A stretch of DNA of 64,000 nt from an uncultured Cytophagales bacterium. Lineage in GTDB: Bacteria; Bacteroidota; Bacteroidia; Cytophagales; Hymenobacteraceae. Position 1 is the first letter of the stretch; each line of letters opens with the position of its first letter. The translations under genes and the position numbers were made by a program. The stretch lies in assembly GCA_963711295.1 (NCBI GenBank), contig CAVQDF010000006.1, positions 111,464 to 175,463 of the forward strand, given 5' to 3'. The notes beneath the pieces are model-generated. The model made no database searches. It was not told the origin of the DNA and was given only the letters and a program-made list of their open reading frames with translations. Below, one piece after another: positions 1-10,871 of the stretch.

Positions 1-341
1 GCTGCGGTAGGTACTACGCCGCCCACCCAGGTAGCCGGGGCACTCCAGTTGCCGCCGGTAGCGGTGGAGGAAACGGCCCCCAGTACGCTGCGCCGGACGG
101 TAGGGGTAGCAGGCTTTATGCGGGCAGTGGCGGGGCTGAAAACAGTCGTCGGACCTGCTGCCAGCGGACTTGTGCGGGAAACCTGCACGGCCGGTACCAG
201 GGTGGGCCGCTGCTGAGCGTGCATCGGCAGGGCTGGGAGCAGGCCAATAGCAACTGCCAGCAGTAGTGGCCGCCAGCCACTGGTTTGCTGCCACGGGGTT
301 GTCGTCGGCAAAGACGACAGCGGAAGTAATGGTTTTAGCAT
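1..341 (-). CDS. N-terminal part of a large secreted protein, truncated by the window edge (probable T9SS cargo)
   Basis: Read manually from the ATG at 341: MLKPLLPLSS...LLLAVAIGLLPALPMHAQQ (signal peptide)...STATGGNWSAPATWVGGVVPTAA, a W-rich motif common in Bacteroidota surface proteins. Open to position 1. Confidence 0.7.
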   Translation of the reverse strand, partial: MLKPLLPLSSLPTTTPWQQTSGWRPLLLAVAIGLLPALPMHAQQRPTLVPAVQVSRTSPLAAGPTTVFSPATARIKPATPTVRRSVLGAVSSTATGGNWSAPATWVGGVVPTA

Positions 342-783
342 GTATGTGTGAGAAGGGGGGAGGGCCAGCAAGTCAATCAACTTGCGGTAATCGAAAAAAA
401 CAGCCGCCGGGGCCTGAGAGTGCGTTAGTGGGAGGCAGTAACCTACAGAAGCGCGCTGTACTCAGGATGGTGCCGAGCTGCTAATCAGGTGAGGTCACTA
501 ATTCTGGGAGGGCGCGCTACAGGAAAACCGTTATATCATGCTGCTAATCAAAAGGTAAATATGCTGCTTATTAATCGTGATATAGCTATGTGTTATTGAG
601 GAAATGATAAATATTGAGCTGCTAATATTCGACTGTGCCAATTAGGGTGTGAATGGGTTAACTGGCCCGATCAGAATAAGCAGTCGAATGCCTTTCAATG
701 GAGAAGCCGTAGTGAGCCTGTGCACTGTACCGCTGGCTGGAAGCAGACCTAAGCAAGGGTTTCTATTGCGGAGAGGATTTGCA

Positions 784-978
784 GGCATTGAAGCTGTTTA
801 GAAAGTCGAAAAGTTTGTCATCCTGAGCATTCCGCGCATCAAGCGGCGACGAAGGACCTAATCACGTCTGACCCGCCATTGTGCAGCCATGACAAGGCCC
901 TTCGTCGCCGCTTGATGCGCGACATGCTCAGGATGACAGACTCGTAAAAAAGCCGACTTTGTAAACAGCTTCAATGCC
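784..978. repeat. Nested palindromic element: outer 25-bp inverted repeat around a CGTC-type REP doublet
   Basis: GGCATTGAAGCTGTTTAGAAAGTCG (784-808) pairs with CGACTTTGTAAACAGCTTCAATGCC (954-978). Inner element TGTCATCCTGAGC...GCTCAGGATGACA spans 816-938. Confidence 0.85.
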
Positions 979-1238
979 CGGAGCCGCAAATCCGGGCCAC
1001 AAAAAACTTGTTCCCGCCAGCAGCGGTTACCAGTTGTAGTATTGCTTAATTCAGATGCAAGCGCGGAGCAACCCGCCTTGGGCCTGCTCCGGCGCGCCGC
1101 CCATCCCAGAACCAACTCACGTTGGGCCTGAAACCTGCCAGGTCGGCGGCAATAGCCCGGTGGCAGGCTGTGCTTGCTATCTATGAAAAGAGTTCTTAGG
1201 CAACCGTTTGTTTTTCACCGGCTTAAAACCAATTACAC

Positions 1239-1589
1239 ATGCATACGGTAGTCATTCTTGCGCAGCTTATTATCGCGCTTTCAATCGTAGTAGTTTGGGT
1301 ATTTCGGTTCGATAATATTGTCAGAGAATTCAAGCAGTATGGCTTGCCGGACTTGGTGCGCAACATGGTGGGAGCCGCCAAAATAGCGCTGGCCACGCTC
1401 TTGGTTGCCGGTATCTGGTATCCAGCGCTGGTGCTGGTTCCCGCGCTGCTGATGGCTTTTCTGATGGTGTGCGCGCAGCTTGCGCATATCAAAGTGCGCA
1501 ACCCCTGGCATAAGTACGTGCCTTCTTTTCTGCTGCTGCTGCTGTCGTTGTTCGTAGCGGCTTTCCATGCGGGCATGATTCCCGGCTAA
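1239..1589 (+). CDS. DoxX-like family membrane protein
   Basis: 116 aa with 4 hydrophobic segments and an EFKQYGLP motif. Confidence 0.8.
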   Translation: MHTVVILAQLIIALSIVVVWVFRFDNIVREFKQYGLPDLVRNMVGAAKIALATLLVAGIWYPALVLVPALLMAFLMVCAQLAHIKVRNPWHKYVPSFLLLLLSLFVAAFHAGMIPG

Positions 1590-1594
1590 GCGCA

Positions 1595-1933
1595 ATGATG
1601 ATTGTTCTGATCTGGCTTTCGGCCCTCTCGTTTCTGTTTTACGGCATCAGCTACTTCACCTCCCAGAAGCTCAAAGACGAATTCAAACGGTACGGGCTGG
1701 CAAAATTCGGTCCGCTGACCGCCGTGCTGGAAATACTGGGTGGTATTGGGCTGCTGGTGGGCCTGCACGTTCCGCTGATTCTGTCCGTCGCCTCGGGGGG
1801 GCTGGCCCTGCTGATGCTGCTGGGCTTTGGGGTCCGCCTCAAAATAAAGGATGGCCTCTGGTTGTCGCTGCCGTCGTTTCTGTTCATGCTCCTGAACGCC
1901 TATATTTTCTACGTGTCCTTGCGCGCCTACTGA
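1595..1933 (+). CDS. DoxX-like family membrane protein (tandem paralog)
   Basis: 112 aa with EFKRYGL...LEILGGIGLLVG; starts 5 nt after the previous stop. Confidence 0.8.
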   Translation: MMIVLIWLSALSFLFYGISYFTSQKLKDEFKRYGLAKFGPLTAVLEILGGIGLLVGLHVPLILSVASGGLALLMLLGFGVRLKIKDGLWLSLPSFLFMLLNAYIFYVSLRAY

Positions 1934-2100
1934 GACCGTACCCGCATAATCCTGGACCTCAAGCCAGATGAGGGATTATCAGCACGCATCCGATTGGAGC
2001 CGCGCTACCTCATAAGTCCTGCTTGTTCACCGCATAAACCAGACAGCTGCCTGGCGCATATCGAGCGTGTCGAAGAAGCGCACCATCATCTGGATTAAAA

Positions 2101-2145
2101 ACGCAGCACGCCCCGCCGGCATTATGCCGGCGGGGCGTGCTGCGT
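2101..2145. terminator. Long perfect hairpin between convergent genes
   Basis: ACGCAGCACGCCCCGCCGGCAT-T-ATGCCGGCGGGGCGTGCTGCGT. Confidence 0.65.
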
Positions 2146-2159
2146 GACAGGGCTGGCGG

Positions 2160-3174
2160 TTAAAACTTGGCCTTCACGATGGCAAACCGGGGCGAGGTAG
2201 CCTGGTAGGGGTAGAGCACGTAGGCATCGGCCTCGTTGCGGCGCGTGATGGTGGTGGGGCCTACCGGGCCGGTCGCGAAGGTTCCGTTGGCTGTGGCCGT
2301 ACCCCAGTTGTCGGTGCTGGTCAGGCGGAACACGGTGGTCTGGCTACCCGACACGAGCAGCAGGGTTTGCGGATTGAGCAGTAGCAGGCCATCGGCTCCC
2401 ACCAGGCTTTGCGTGGTAGTGACGCGCGTGAAAGCCGTAGGATTGGCCAGCGGGACTTTAAACAGGGCGCCGTCGCTGGATTTGGCCACGAGCAGGTAGC
2501 CGTCGGGATGGAATACGATGCCGTTCAGGCCGAAGCCGGTGCCCCCGCTCAGCTGGGCGTTTTCCAGGAAATACCGAAGCCGTGCCCTGCAAGTCAACTT
2601 TGTAAATGATGGGTGCGAAGCTGTCGGTGATGTAGGCATTGCCCTGGGCGTCCACGGCAATGTCGTTGGCAAAGTGATTAACGCCCGGGCGCAGCGCCCC
2701 CAAATCGACGTACGACAGCAGGGCGCCGGTATTGGAATTGAAAATAGCCAGCGCGGCCAGCTTGCGCAAAGTAGCGGCCGAGCTGCGCGTGGGGTTGAAC
2801 CCCCCATCCGACACGGCGGCCAGCAGGCGGTTGCGGCTGGCGTCGAGGTTCAGACCAATGGTAGAAACGAGACGCGGGTCGTCAGCTAGCAGGGTATAGG
2901 TGCTGTCGTCCTTCACGGTGCCGATGCGGCCTTGGGTACGGGAACTCACCACGAACCGCTGGTTAGCGGCATCCCACTGAATGCCCTCGGGATGCAAAGC
3001 GGCCTGGGGCACCGTAATGCGCTCGGGGGCGGCGGCTGGGGGCGTTACCATGTCGTCGTCATCGTCGGAGCAGCCGGGCAATACCATTACCAGGCCAAGG
3101 GCCAGGGTAGCCAGGCGGAGGAAGCGCGGCAGCGCTAAGCGGTTAGGAAAGCTGATGGGCAGAAAGTGAGCCAT
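2160..3174 (-). CDS. SMP-30/gluconolactonase/LRE-like beta-propeller lipoprotein (frameshift near 2570)
   Basis: Lipobox LPGC; HPEGI, NHFANDIAVDAQGNAYITDS, GLNGIVFHPDG and GADGL motifs split over ORFs 2458..3174 and 2160..2807. Confidence 0.8.
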
Positions 3175-3321
3175 TGAAAAAAGGTTAAGTGGTGATTTAC
3201 AGTAGGCTGGGTATACGGAAAATTGCCTGAAAAGGAGAACTGCCGCGGCGGCTATTGTTGCCTATTGCGCAGCGCGCCTAGCAACTGAACCAACAGGCAA
3301 TAAGCTTCCGAACACCACATC

Positions 3322-3358
3322 AAAAAGCCCCGCCGGCACAACGCCGGCGGGGCTTTCA
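3322..3358 (-). terminator. Rho-independent terminator of clpB
   Basis: AAAAGCCCCGCCGGC-ACAAC-GCCGGCGGGGCTTT. Confidence 0.75.
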
Positions 3359-3376
3359 GTTCAACCAAACCGAGGA

Positions 3377-5989
<2,613 letters not shown>

Positions 5990-6145
5990 TTTCGTTAGTC
6001 TCTAGGTAGGTGCTTCGGGTTAGGAAGTTTGTACGAGCGGACTAGCAAATGGGGTGCGAGGGGGGTTTTTCGGACTTTTTGGCGGTGAATTGCAAATTGC
6101 AGTATAATCACACCGACATTTTTTCAGCACAAACCTTCTCTAGCT

Positions 6146-7168
6146 TCATAAGTCGTTTATGAGCGGAAAGAGCTTATCAATTTCATTCGTCGAAAAGGTC
6201 CTATTCATATAGCCCTCTGCGGCAAACTTATAATTCACGTATATGGCTGGGTTGTTCGGCTTACTGTCATAGACGCTAAATGCAGTATAGCATACTTCAA
6301 TACAGTATGGGTCTCTACGCTGAATTTCAACAGCTTTATTCAAGTAGTGAGCATACTTTTTCCATTTGCCTTTTAATTCATCAGATGGAATAGCGTCATC
6401 CTGTATCGGAGCAACGCTGTATAAATAAGGATTAGCTGTCTCAAATAAGTCGGGGACTGGATTTGCAAATAATTCATAGGAATTACTATTTCTCATCATC
6501 TGATAATAACTAATTCCACGCCCTTTGAGTCTATCCATCAAAAGCTGCTTTTCATCATCAGGCATTTTCAAGCCAAAATAAATCGATTTTACAGCACGGT
6601 AATCATAATGTTGTTTTCCGAAATTATCAGTAATTAGCCTCGATTCATTTTCGTAATTCCATATAGCTGGCTTTGTGCCAATAATCTTTTGCAGAAACTC
6701 ATTTCCTCCCTTTTTACTGATTGCCATAAGGTCGTCCATCTGAATTTTAGCAGGAGCGTCAGAATATTTTACATCTATTGAAAAATGCTTTCCAAAAGAA
6801 TTTAGTTGCTTTTGCAATACGCTTATATCATAGCCAACGCAGAAACCTTTATGAGAGGCGGCATAGTGGGCCCAAAGCAAATGATGGTCATAGCTTTTCG
6901 ATAATGAAAGCACTCCGAGTTTAACTGTCGAGTCAATCATAGTATCAACTTGATTCAACAGCCCTTTAAACGATTCACGGGTTTCTGAATCGTTAGACAC
7001 GCCAAAAATTTTAAATAGGAGGCCAAACTCATTCTCAAGACCAGCCCTATCTGAAATTGCTTCACATGGGTCATTCAGTGACTCTATGTTTGCTGCCCAA
7101 AAATAGTCTTGTTCAAGAGCAGCAAGGTCGCGGTCAAATGCGCCACCTCTGTATTTATAAACCATCAT
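6146..7168 (-). CDS. DUF2971 domain protein, AT-rich relative to the flanks
   Basis: Family motifs YKYR, LNDPCE, LLWAHYAASHKGFCVGY, K...WNYENESR and IYFG. Confidence 0.85.
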   Translation of the reverse strand: MMVYKYRGGAFDRDLAALEQDYFWAANIESLNDPCEAISDRAGLENEFGLLFKIFGVSNDSETRESFKGLLNQVDTMIDSTVKLGVLSLSKSYDHHLLWAHYAASHKGFCVGYDISVLQKQLNSFGKHFSIDVKYSDAPAKIQMDDLMAISKKGGNEFLQKIIGTKPAIWNYENESRLITDNFGKQHYDYRAVKSIYFGLKMPDDEKQLLMDRLKGRGISYYQMMRNSNSYELFANPVPDLFETANPYLYSVAPIQDDAIPSDELKGKWKKYAHYLNKAVEIQRRDPYCIEVCYTAFSVYDSKPNNPAIYVNYKFAAEGYMNRTFSTNEIDKLFPLINDL

Positions 7169-7217
7169 TAGAAATCGATAGAGTTGTGCCCTAAACTTAG
7201 CAGGAAGTCGCTATACA

Positions 7218-7264
7218 AGAAGCTCCCGTTTCTTCAGCGGCGGGGGCAGCGGGCGGGGTGGCGG
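7218..7264 (+). repeat. Inter-cassette direct repeat, copy 1
   Basis: AGAAGCTCCCGTTTCTTCAGCGGCGGGGGCAGCGGGCGGGGTGGCGG; related copies at 8020-8094, 8636-8655 and 8953-9000. Confidence 0.7.
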
Positions 7265-7714
7265 CTACTTTGCGTTGGCCGATTCGTCGGCGGCCTGCTG
7301 CTCGGCAACCCAGTCTTCCAAGGCAAGGCCTAGTATATCAGCAAAATGCCGCGTGTTGCGCGTTACCAACGTCAGCCCAAATGCCAGCGCCGTGCTGCCA
7401 ATGAGCATATCGAACTCGCCTTGTAGCCGACCGATCCGCTTCAACTGTGCTTTTTGCGCCGCATAAGTTTCTAGAACGTCTGCAAGGGCCAGCCGGCGGG
7501 TTTTGGGAAAGAGACGCAGAAACTTGTCTAGTTTCAGGCGGTTGCTGGCCTGCCGGTCAGGGGCGCTATTGGCGATGCCATAGAGCAATTCGGCAATCGT
7601 CAGTTCACTGATGAAGCAGTTGCGTAGGCCCACTTGTTCGACCTTGTTATCAAGGTCGAAGTCGCCCTTCATCAAGTGGATGCAGATATTAGTATCGAGC
7701 AGATAGCGGCTCAT
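7265..7714 (-). CDS. vapC: VapC/PIN domain toxin
   Basis: YLLDTNICI, ISELTIAELLYG, FDMLIGSTAL, LVTRNTRHF. Confidence 0.92.
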   Translation of the reverse strand: MSRYLLDTNICIHLMKGDFDLDNKVEQVGLRNCFISELTIAELLYGIANSAPDRQASNRLKLDKFLRLFPKTRRLALADVLETYAAQKAQLKRIGRLQGEFDMLIGSTALAFGLTLVTRNTRHFADILGLALEDWVAEQQAADESANAK

Positions 7715-7998
7715 AGGTCCACTTCACGCGGCTGGTCTTGGCGGTCGGCGTAGATGCGGCGCACCATTTCCTCACCGCTCTCCTCCGATTTCCACGAACC
7801 GAATACCTCGTGCAGCAAACGGTTCTGCTCTGCCTCTGATAGGTCTTCGCTCCCTCCCGCTTCTGGCAACGCTACTTCGCCTGGCAGGTGCTGCTTGCCC
7901 CGAAACTTGGCAACCAAGCCTTGAGGAATGCTTTGCAGCCAATGAAGAGCGGCAGCAGCTTGCTCATCCGGAACCTCCAATTCTAGTGCGAATTTCAT
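7711..7998 (-). CDS. Antitoxin of VapC (VapB-like position)
   Basis: 95 aa, ATGA overlap with vapC, C-terminal FGSWKSEESGEE motif. Confidence 0.75.
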   Translation of the reverse strand: MKFALELEVPDEQAAAALHWLQSIPQGLVAKFRGKQHLPGEVALPEAGGSEDLSEAEQNRLLHEVFGSWKSEESGEEMVRRIYADRQDQPREVDL

Positions 7999-8019
7999 AC
8001 TACTAAGCTACGGAAAAGC

Positions 8020-8094
8020 TGGGGTATCGTTTTAGCGGCGCGGGCGGCAGTTGGGGTATCGCTCAAGCGGCGCGGGCAGCGGGCGGGGCGGCGG
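8020..8094 (+). repeat. Inter-cassette direct repeat, copy 2 (internally duplicated about 32 bp)
   Basis: TGGGGTATCGTTTTAGCGGCGCGGGCGGCAG then TGGGGTATCGCTCAAGCGGCGCGGGCAGCGGGCGGGGCGGCGG. Confidence 0.7.
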
Positions 8095-8096
8095 AT

Positions 8097-8360
8097 TTAT
8101 TTATCGCCGTAGTGGAAGCGGCAGGCGGCAATGCGCAATCCGTCGTCGGAGGCTTTATACACCAACCTATGCTCGTGGTTGATGCGCCGCGACCAGTAAC
8201 CGCGCAGGTCACCCTTTAGGGCTTCGGGTTTGCCGGTGCCAACAAACGGCGTGCGCTGACACTCCTTTAGCAGCGTGTTGATTTTGCGGAGGATAGCGCG
8301 GTCGGTTTCCTGCCAGTAGAGATACTGCTCCCAAGCGGCCTCATCCCAAATGAGCTTCAT
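8097..8360 (-). CDS. yoeB: Txe/YoeB family toxin
   Basis: AWEQYLYWQ...GKPEALKGDLRGYWSRRINHEHRLVY...CRFHY. Confidence 0.95.
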   Translation of the reverse strand: MKLIWDEAAWEQYLYWQETDRAILRKINTLLKECQRTPFVGTGKPEALKGDLRGYWSRRINHEHRLVYKASDDGLRIAACRFHYGDK

Positions 8361-8578
8361 GCGTCGAGCAGGTCGTGCTGCACACCCTTACCGCTCTCCA
8401 GACGCTCAATGGAATCCTTCAGGGCCTTCGCATTGGCTGGATTACTCAGCAGATACTCCGTTTCGTCCTGCGGCTTGGCTTTCGTGCGGGCCAGCGTGGC
8501 TTTCACAAACGGCAGGCTTTGCAGCAGCTCCATCATGAAGGCCGCTTTGTTATCAGGAACTTCCAGCGTGATTTTCAT
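8357..8578 (-). CDS. Antitoxin of YoeB (YefM-like C-terminus)
   Basis: ETEYLLSNPANAKALKDSIERL matches the YefM neutralising helix; 4-nt overlap with yoeB. Confidence 0.82.
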   Translation of the reverse strand: MKITLEVPDNKAAFMMELLQSLPFVKATLARTKAKPQDETEYLLSNPANAKALKDSIERLESGKGVQHDLLDA

Positions 8579-8655
8579 ACCATTCAAAACTATAAAAATT
8601 CAGCATAGTTCCGGCCGCCTGCTTCAGCCGCTTTGGTTTCTGCAGCGGCACAGGC

Positions 8656-8934
8656 TTATAGCACAACGTCGCGCTGTTCGGTGTGGCGGGCTTCCTGGAG
8701 CATGCGGTTCAGTTCGTCCCCCGTCTCTTCCGATTTCCACGCGCCGAACAAGGAATAGAATACCCGTTTGCGTTCTGCGGCATCTTCGGGGTTGCCAGCC
8801 ATTGCAACCGGCTCCGATGGCGCATCGGAATTGCGGCTTTGCAGTTCAGCAGCCCCATACGGCAGGCTTCGCAGCCACTCTAGGATGGCGGCAGCCTTTT
8901 CCGTTGGGAATTTGAGTTTCACGTCGAGTTCCAT
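8656..8934 (-). CDS. Orphan antitoxin, paralog of 7711..7998
   Basis: KAAAILEWLRSLP...FGAWKSEETGDEL...RDVVL aligns with QAAAALHWLQSIP...FGSWKSEESGEEM...REVDL. Confidence 0.72.
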   Translation of the reverse strand: MELDVKLKFPTEKAAAILEWLRSLPYGAAELQSRNSDAPSEPVAMAGNPEDAAERKRVFYSLFGAWKSEETGDELNRMLQEARHTEQRDVVL

Positions 8935-8952
8935 AGGAAGCTAAATTTACGC

Positions 8953-9000
8953 AGAAGCTCCCGTTTCTCTCAGCGGCGCGTGCAACAGGCAGCGTGGCGG
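8953..9000 (+). repeat. Inter-cassette direct repeat, distal copy
   Basis: AGAAGCTCCCGTTTCTCTCAGCGGCGCG is nearly identical to 7218-7242. Confidence 0.7.
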
Positions 9001-9036
9001 CCCAACCGGGCAATGGCCGGCCGGTTGCCCGGGTCG

Positions 9037-9438
9037 TTAAGCCAGCAGTTCGCCCCGTTCGTGGAGCCAGTCGAAAATCAGCTGGTCGACGGCCGATACC
9101 TGGGGGCGGTGGCGGTAGCTGAGCCAGACTACTTCCTCGATTTCGGCGGCGGGCTGCAGCGTGCCGGTGTAGGCGGCGGCGTAGAGCGTCATCTGCACCA
9201 GCACGTCGGGGGCGTGGCCGTGGGCGGGGGCCGTGAACACGCCGCGATGCTGCAGGCTGGCGGGCAGCAGCTCCACCGTCAGCTCCTCCCTGATTTCGCG
9301 CAGCAGCGTCTGGGCGTCGGTTTCGCCGGGCTCGCGCTTGCCGCCGGGCAGGTAGTAGCGGTCTTTGCCCCGGCTGCGGGTGCTGAGCACGCGGCCCTCG
9401 TGCAGGTGCAGCCAGGCTATTTTGTCGATGAGGGGCAT
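9037..9438 (-). CDS. NUDIX hydrolase
   Basis: Nudix box LPGGKREPGETDAQTLLREIREEL; start MPLIDKIAW. Confidence 0.9.
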   Translation of the reverse strand: MPLIDKIAWLHLHEGRVLSTRSRGKDRYYLPGGKREPGETDAQTLLREIREELTVELLPASLQHRGVFTAPAHGHAPDVLVQMTLYAAAYTGTLQPAAEIEEVVWLSYRHRPQVSAVDQLIFDWLHERGELLA

Positions 9439-9446
9439 GGTAACGG

Positions 9447-9560
9447 TTATGAGCAGCGCACCACAAAGTAGGCCACCGCCGCTACCAGCGCCACCGAGCC
9501 GAAGCGCAGGGCCAGAAACACCCAGGCGGGCAGTTCGGGTTTTTGGGGCGGGTAGGGCAT
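9447..9560 (-). CDS. Small membrane protein (37 aa), below the ORF-track cutoff
   Basis: MPYPPQKPELPAWVFLALRFGSVALVAAVAYFVVRCS*; GC3-rich codons; ends 8 nt before the NUDIX ATG. Confidence 0.55.
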   Translation of the reverse strand: MPYPPQKPELPAWVFLALRFGSVALVAAVAYFVVRCS

Positions 9561-9604
9561 GGTGGTAGGGGGTAGGGGTGAGGAGTAAGGCGCTTTCCGG
9601 ATCG

Positions 9605-9731
9605 GTCATGCTGAGCGAAGCGGAGCGGAGTCGAAGCATCTCTACCGCAATAGTAATCCTGACGTGGGATTAGCACCAAAACGAAGCGGTAGAGATGCTT
9701 CGACTACGGCTGCGCCTTCGCTCAGCATGAC
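9605..9731. repeat. CGTC-type REP doublet (REPIN-like)
   Basis: GTCATGCTGAGCGAAG...GAAGCATCTCTACCGC...GCGGTAGAGATGCTTCG...CTTCGCTCAGCATGAC. Confidence 0.85.
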
Positions 9732-9755
9732 GTGCTGTTTGAGCACTGTTCTCGC

Positions 9756-10706
9756 CTAGGCGCTAGCGGCCGGCATGGTGTGCAGCAGCCACTGGTAGAG
9801 CTTGTCTACATCGGCTTTTTTGAACAGCTCGGTTCCCGGGTTCATGGTGGCGGCCGTGCCGCAGGCTACGCCCAGGCGGGCGGTTTCGCGCAGGTTGCGG
9901 CCCTCGGCCAGCGCATACACCAGGCCGGCTACCATGCTGTCGCCGGCGCCTACGGTGCTGCGTTTTTTCACCGAGGGCGCGGGCACGTAGTCGGCGCCTT
10001 CAGCCGATACCACGCAGGCACCCTGCGGCCCCATCGACACCACCACGATTTCGCATTTGCCGTCGGCTACCAGCTGGTGGGCGGCCCCGGCAATGGCTTC
10101 GCTGTCGAGCTCTTCCACGCCGGCCATCTTGCTGAGCTCGCCCACGTTGGGCTTGGCCAGGTACACGCCCGCTTCGAGCAGCGCCAGCAGCGCCGGCCCC
10201 GAGGTATCGACCACTACCTTAACGCCCATGTCGCGGGCACCGCGGGCAATTTTCACCAGCAGCCCGGGCTCGACGCCGGGAGGCAGGCTGCCGCTGATAA
10301 CCAGAAACTCGGGCCGCACTTCCAGCTCCAGCAGGGCATTAATCACCTGCTGCTGCTCCTCGGGCCGCAGCGCTGCCCCGGGCATCCCGAAGCGGTACTG
10401 CTGGCCGGTGGAAGCATCCACTACGATGAAGTTCTCGCGGGTCCAGCCCTCGGTTTCAATGGGGCGCTGCTCGATTTCCTCCTGGCTCAGGAGCTGGCGC
10501 AGCAGCAGGCCGCTGGGGCCGCCCACCGGAAACACGGCCACCGAATCGGTGCTCAGCCGCCGCAACGCCCTCGATACGTTGATGCCGCCCCCGCCGGGCT
10601 CGAATTTGGGCTTCTCGCAGCGCAGCTTCTGGTCGGGGATGATATGGTTGGCAGTGGTGCTTTTATCGACCGAAGGATTGAGCGTAAGCGTGACGATGCG
10701 CGGCAT
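9756..10706 (-). CDS. pfkB: 1-phosphofructokinase/PfkB family hexose kinase
   Basis: TLTLNPSVD, PGGGGINVSR, KPNVGEL, STVGAGDSMVAG. Confidence 0.9.
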   Translation of the reverse strand: MPRIVTLTLNPSVDKSTTANHIIPDQKLRCEKPKFEPGGGGINVSRALRRLSTDSVAVFPVGGPSGLLLRQLLSQEEIEQRPIETEGWTRENFIVVDASTGQQYRFGMPGAALRPEEQQQVINALLELEVRPEFLVISGSLPPGVEPGLLVKIARGARDMGVKVVVDTSGPALLALLEAGVYLAKPNVGELSKMAGVEELDSEAIAGAAHQLVADGKCEIVVVSMGPQGACVVSAEGADYVPAPSVKKRSTVGAGDSMVAGLVYALAEGRNLRETARLGVACGTAATMNPGTELFKKADVDKLYQWLLHTMPAASA

Positions 10707-10871
10707 AAGCAGATGAGTAACTCGGTGAAGGAGGAAAGCAGGAGCCGGGGCCGGCCGCTGCAGAAGGCTAAAGGGTATGAACGGCTAAACATACCGCGAG
10801 TTTCTTCGTCTTAAAAGAAGGTGCCCCACTTCTGGTCGGCTCTTACCATCTTTCCACTACCCGATTTGCGT

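Noticed and set aside
7218-9000. Inter-cassette repeats as integron attC sites or CRISPR repeats
   Set aside because: There are no RYYYAAC/GTTRRRY cores and no intI or cas genes, and the spacing is gene-sized and irregular.
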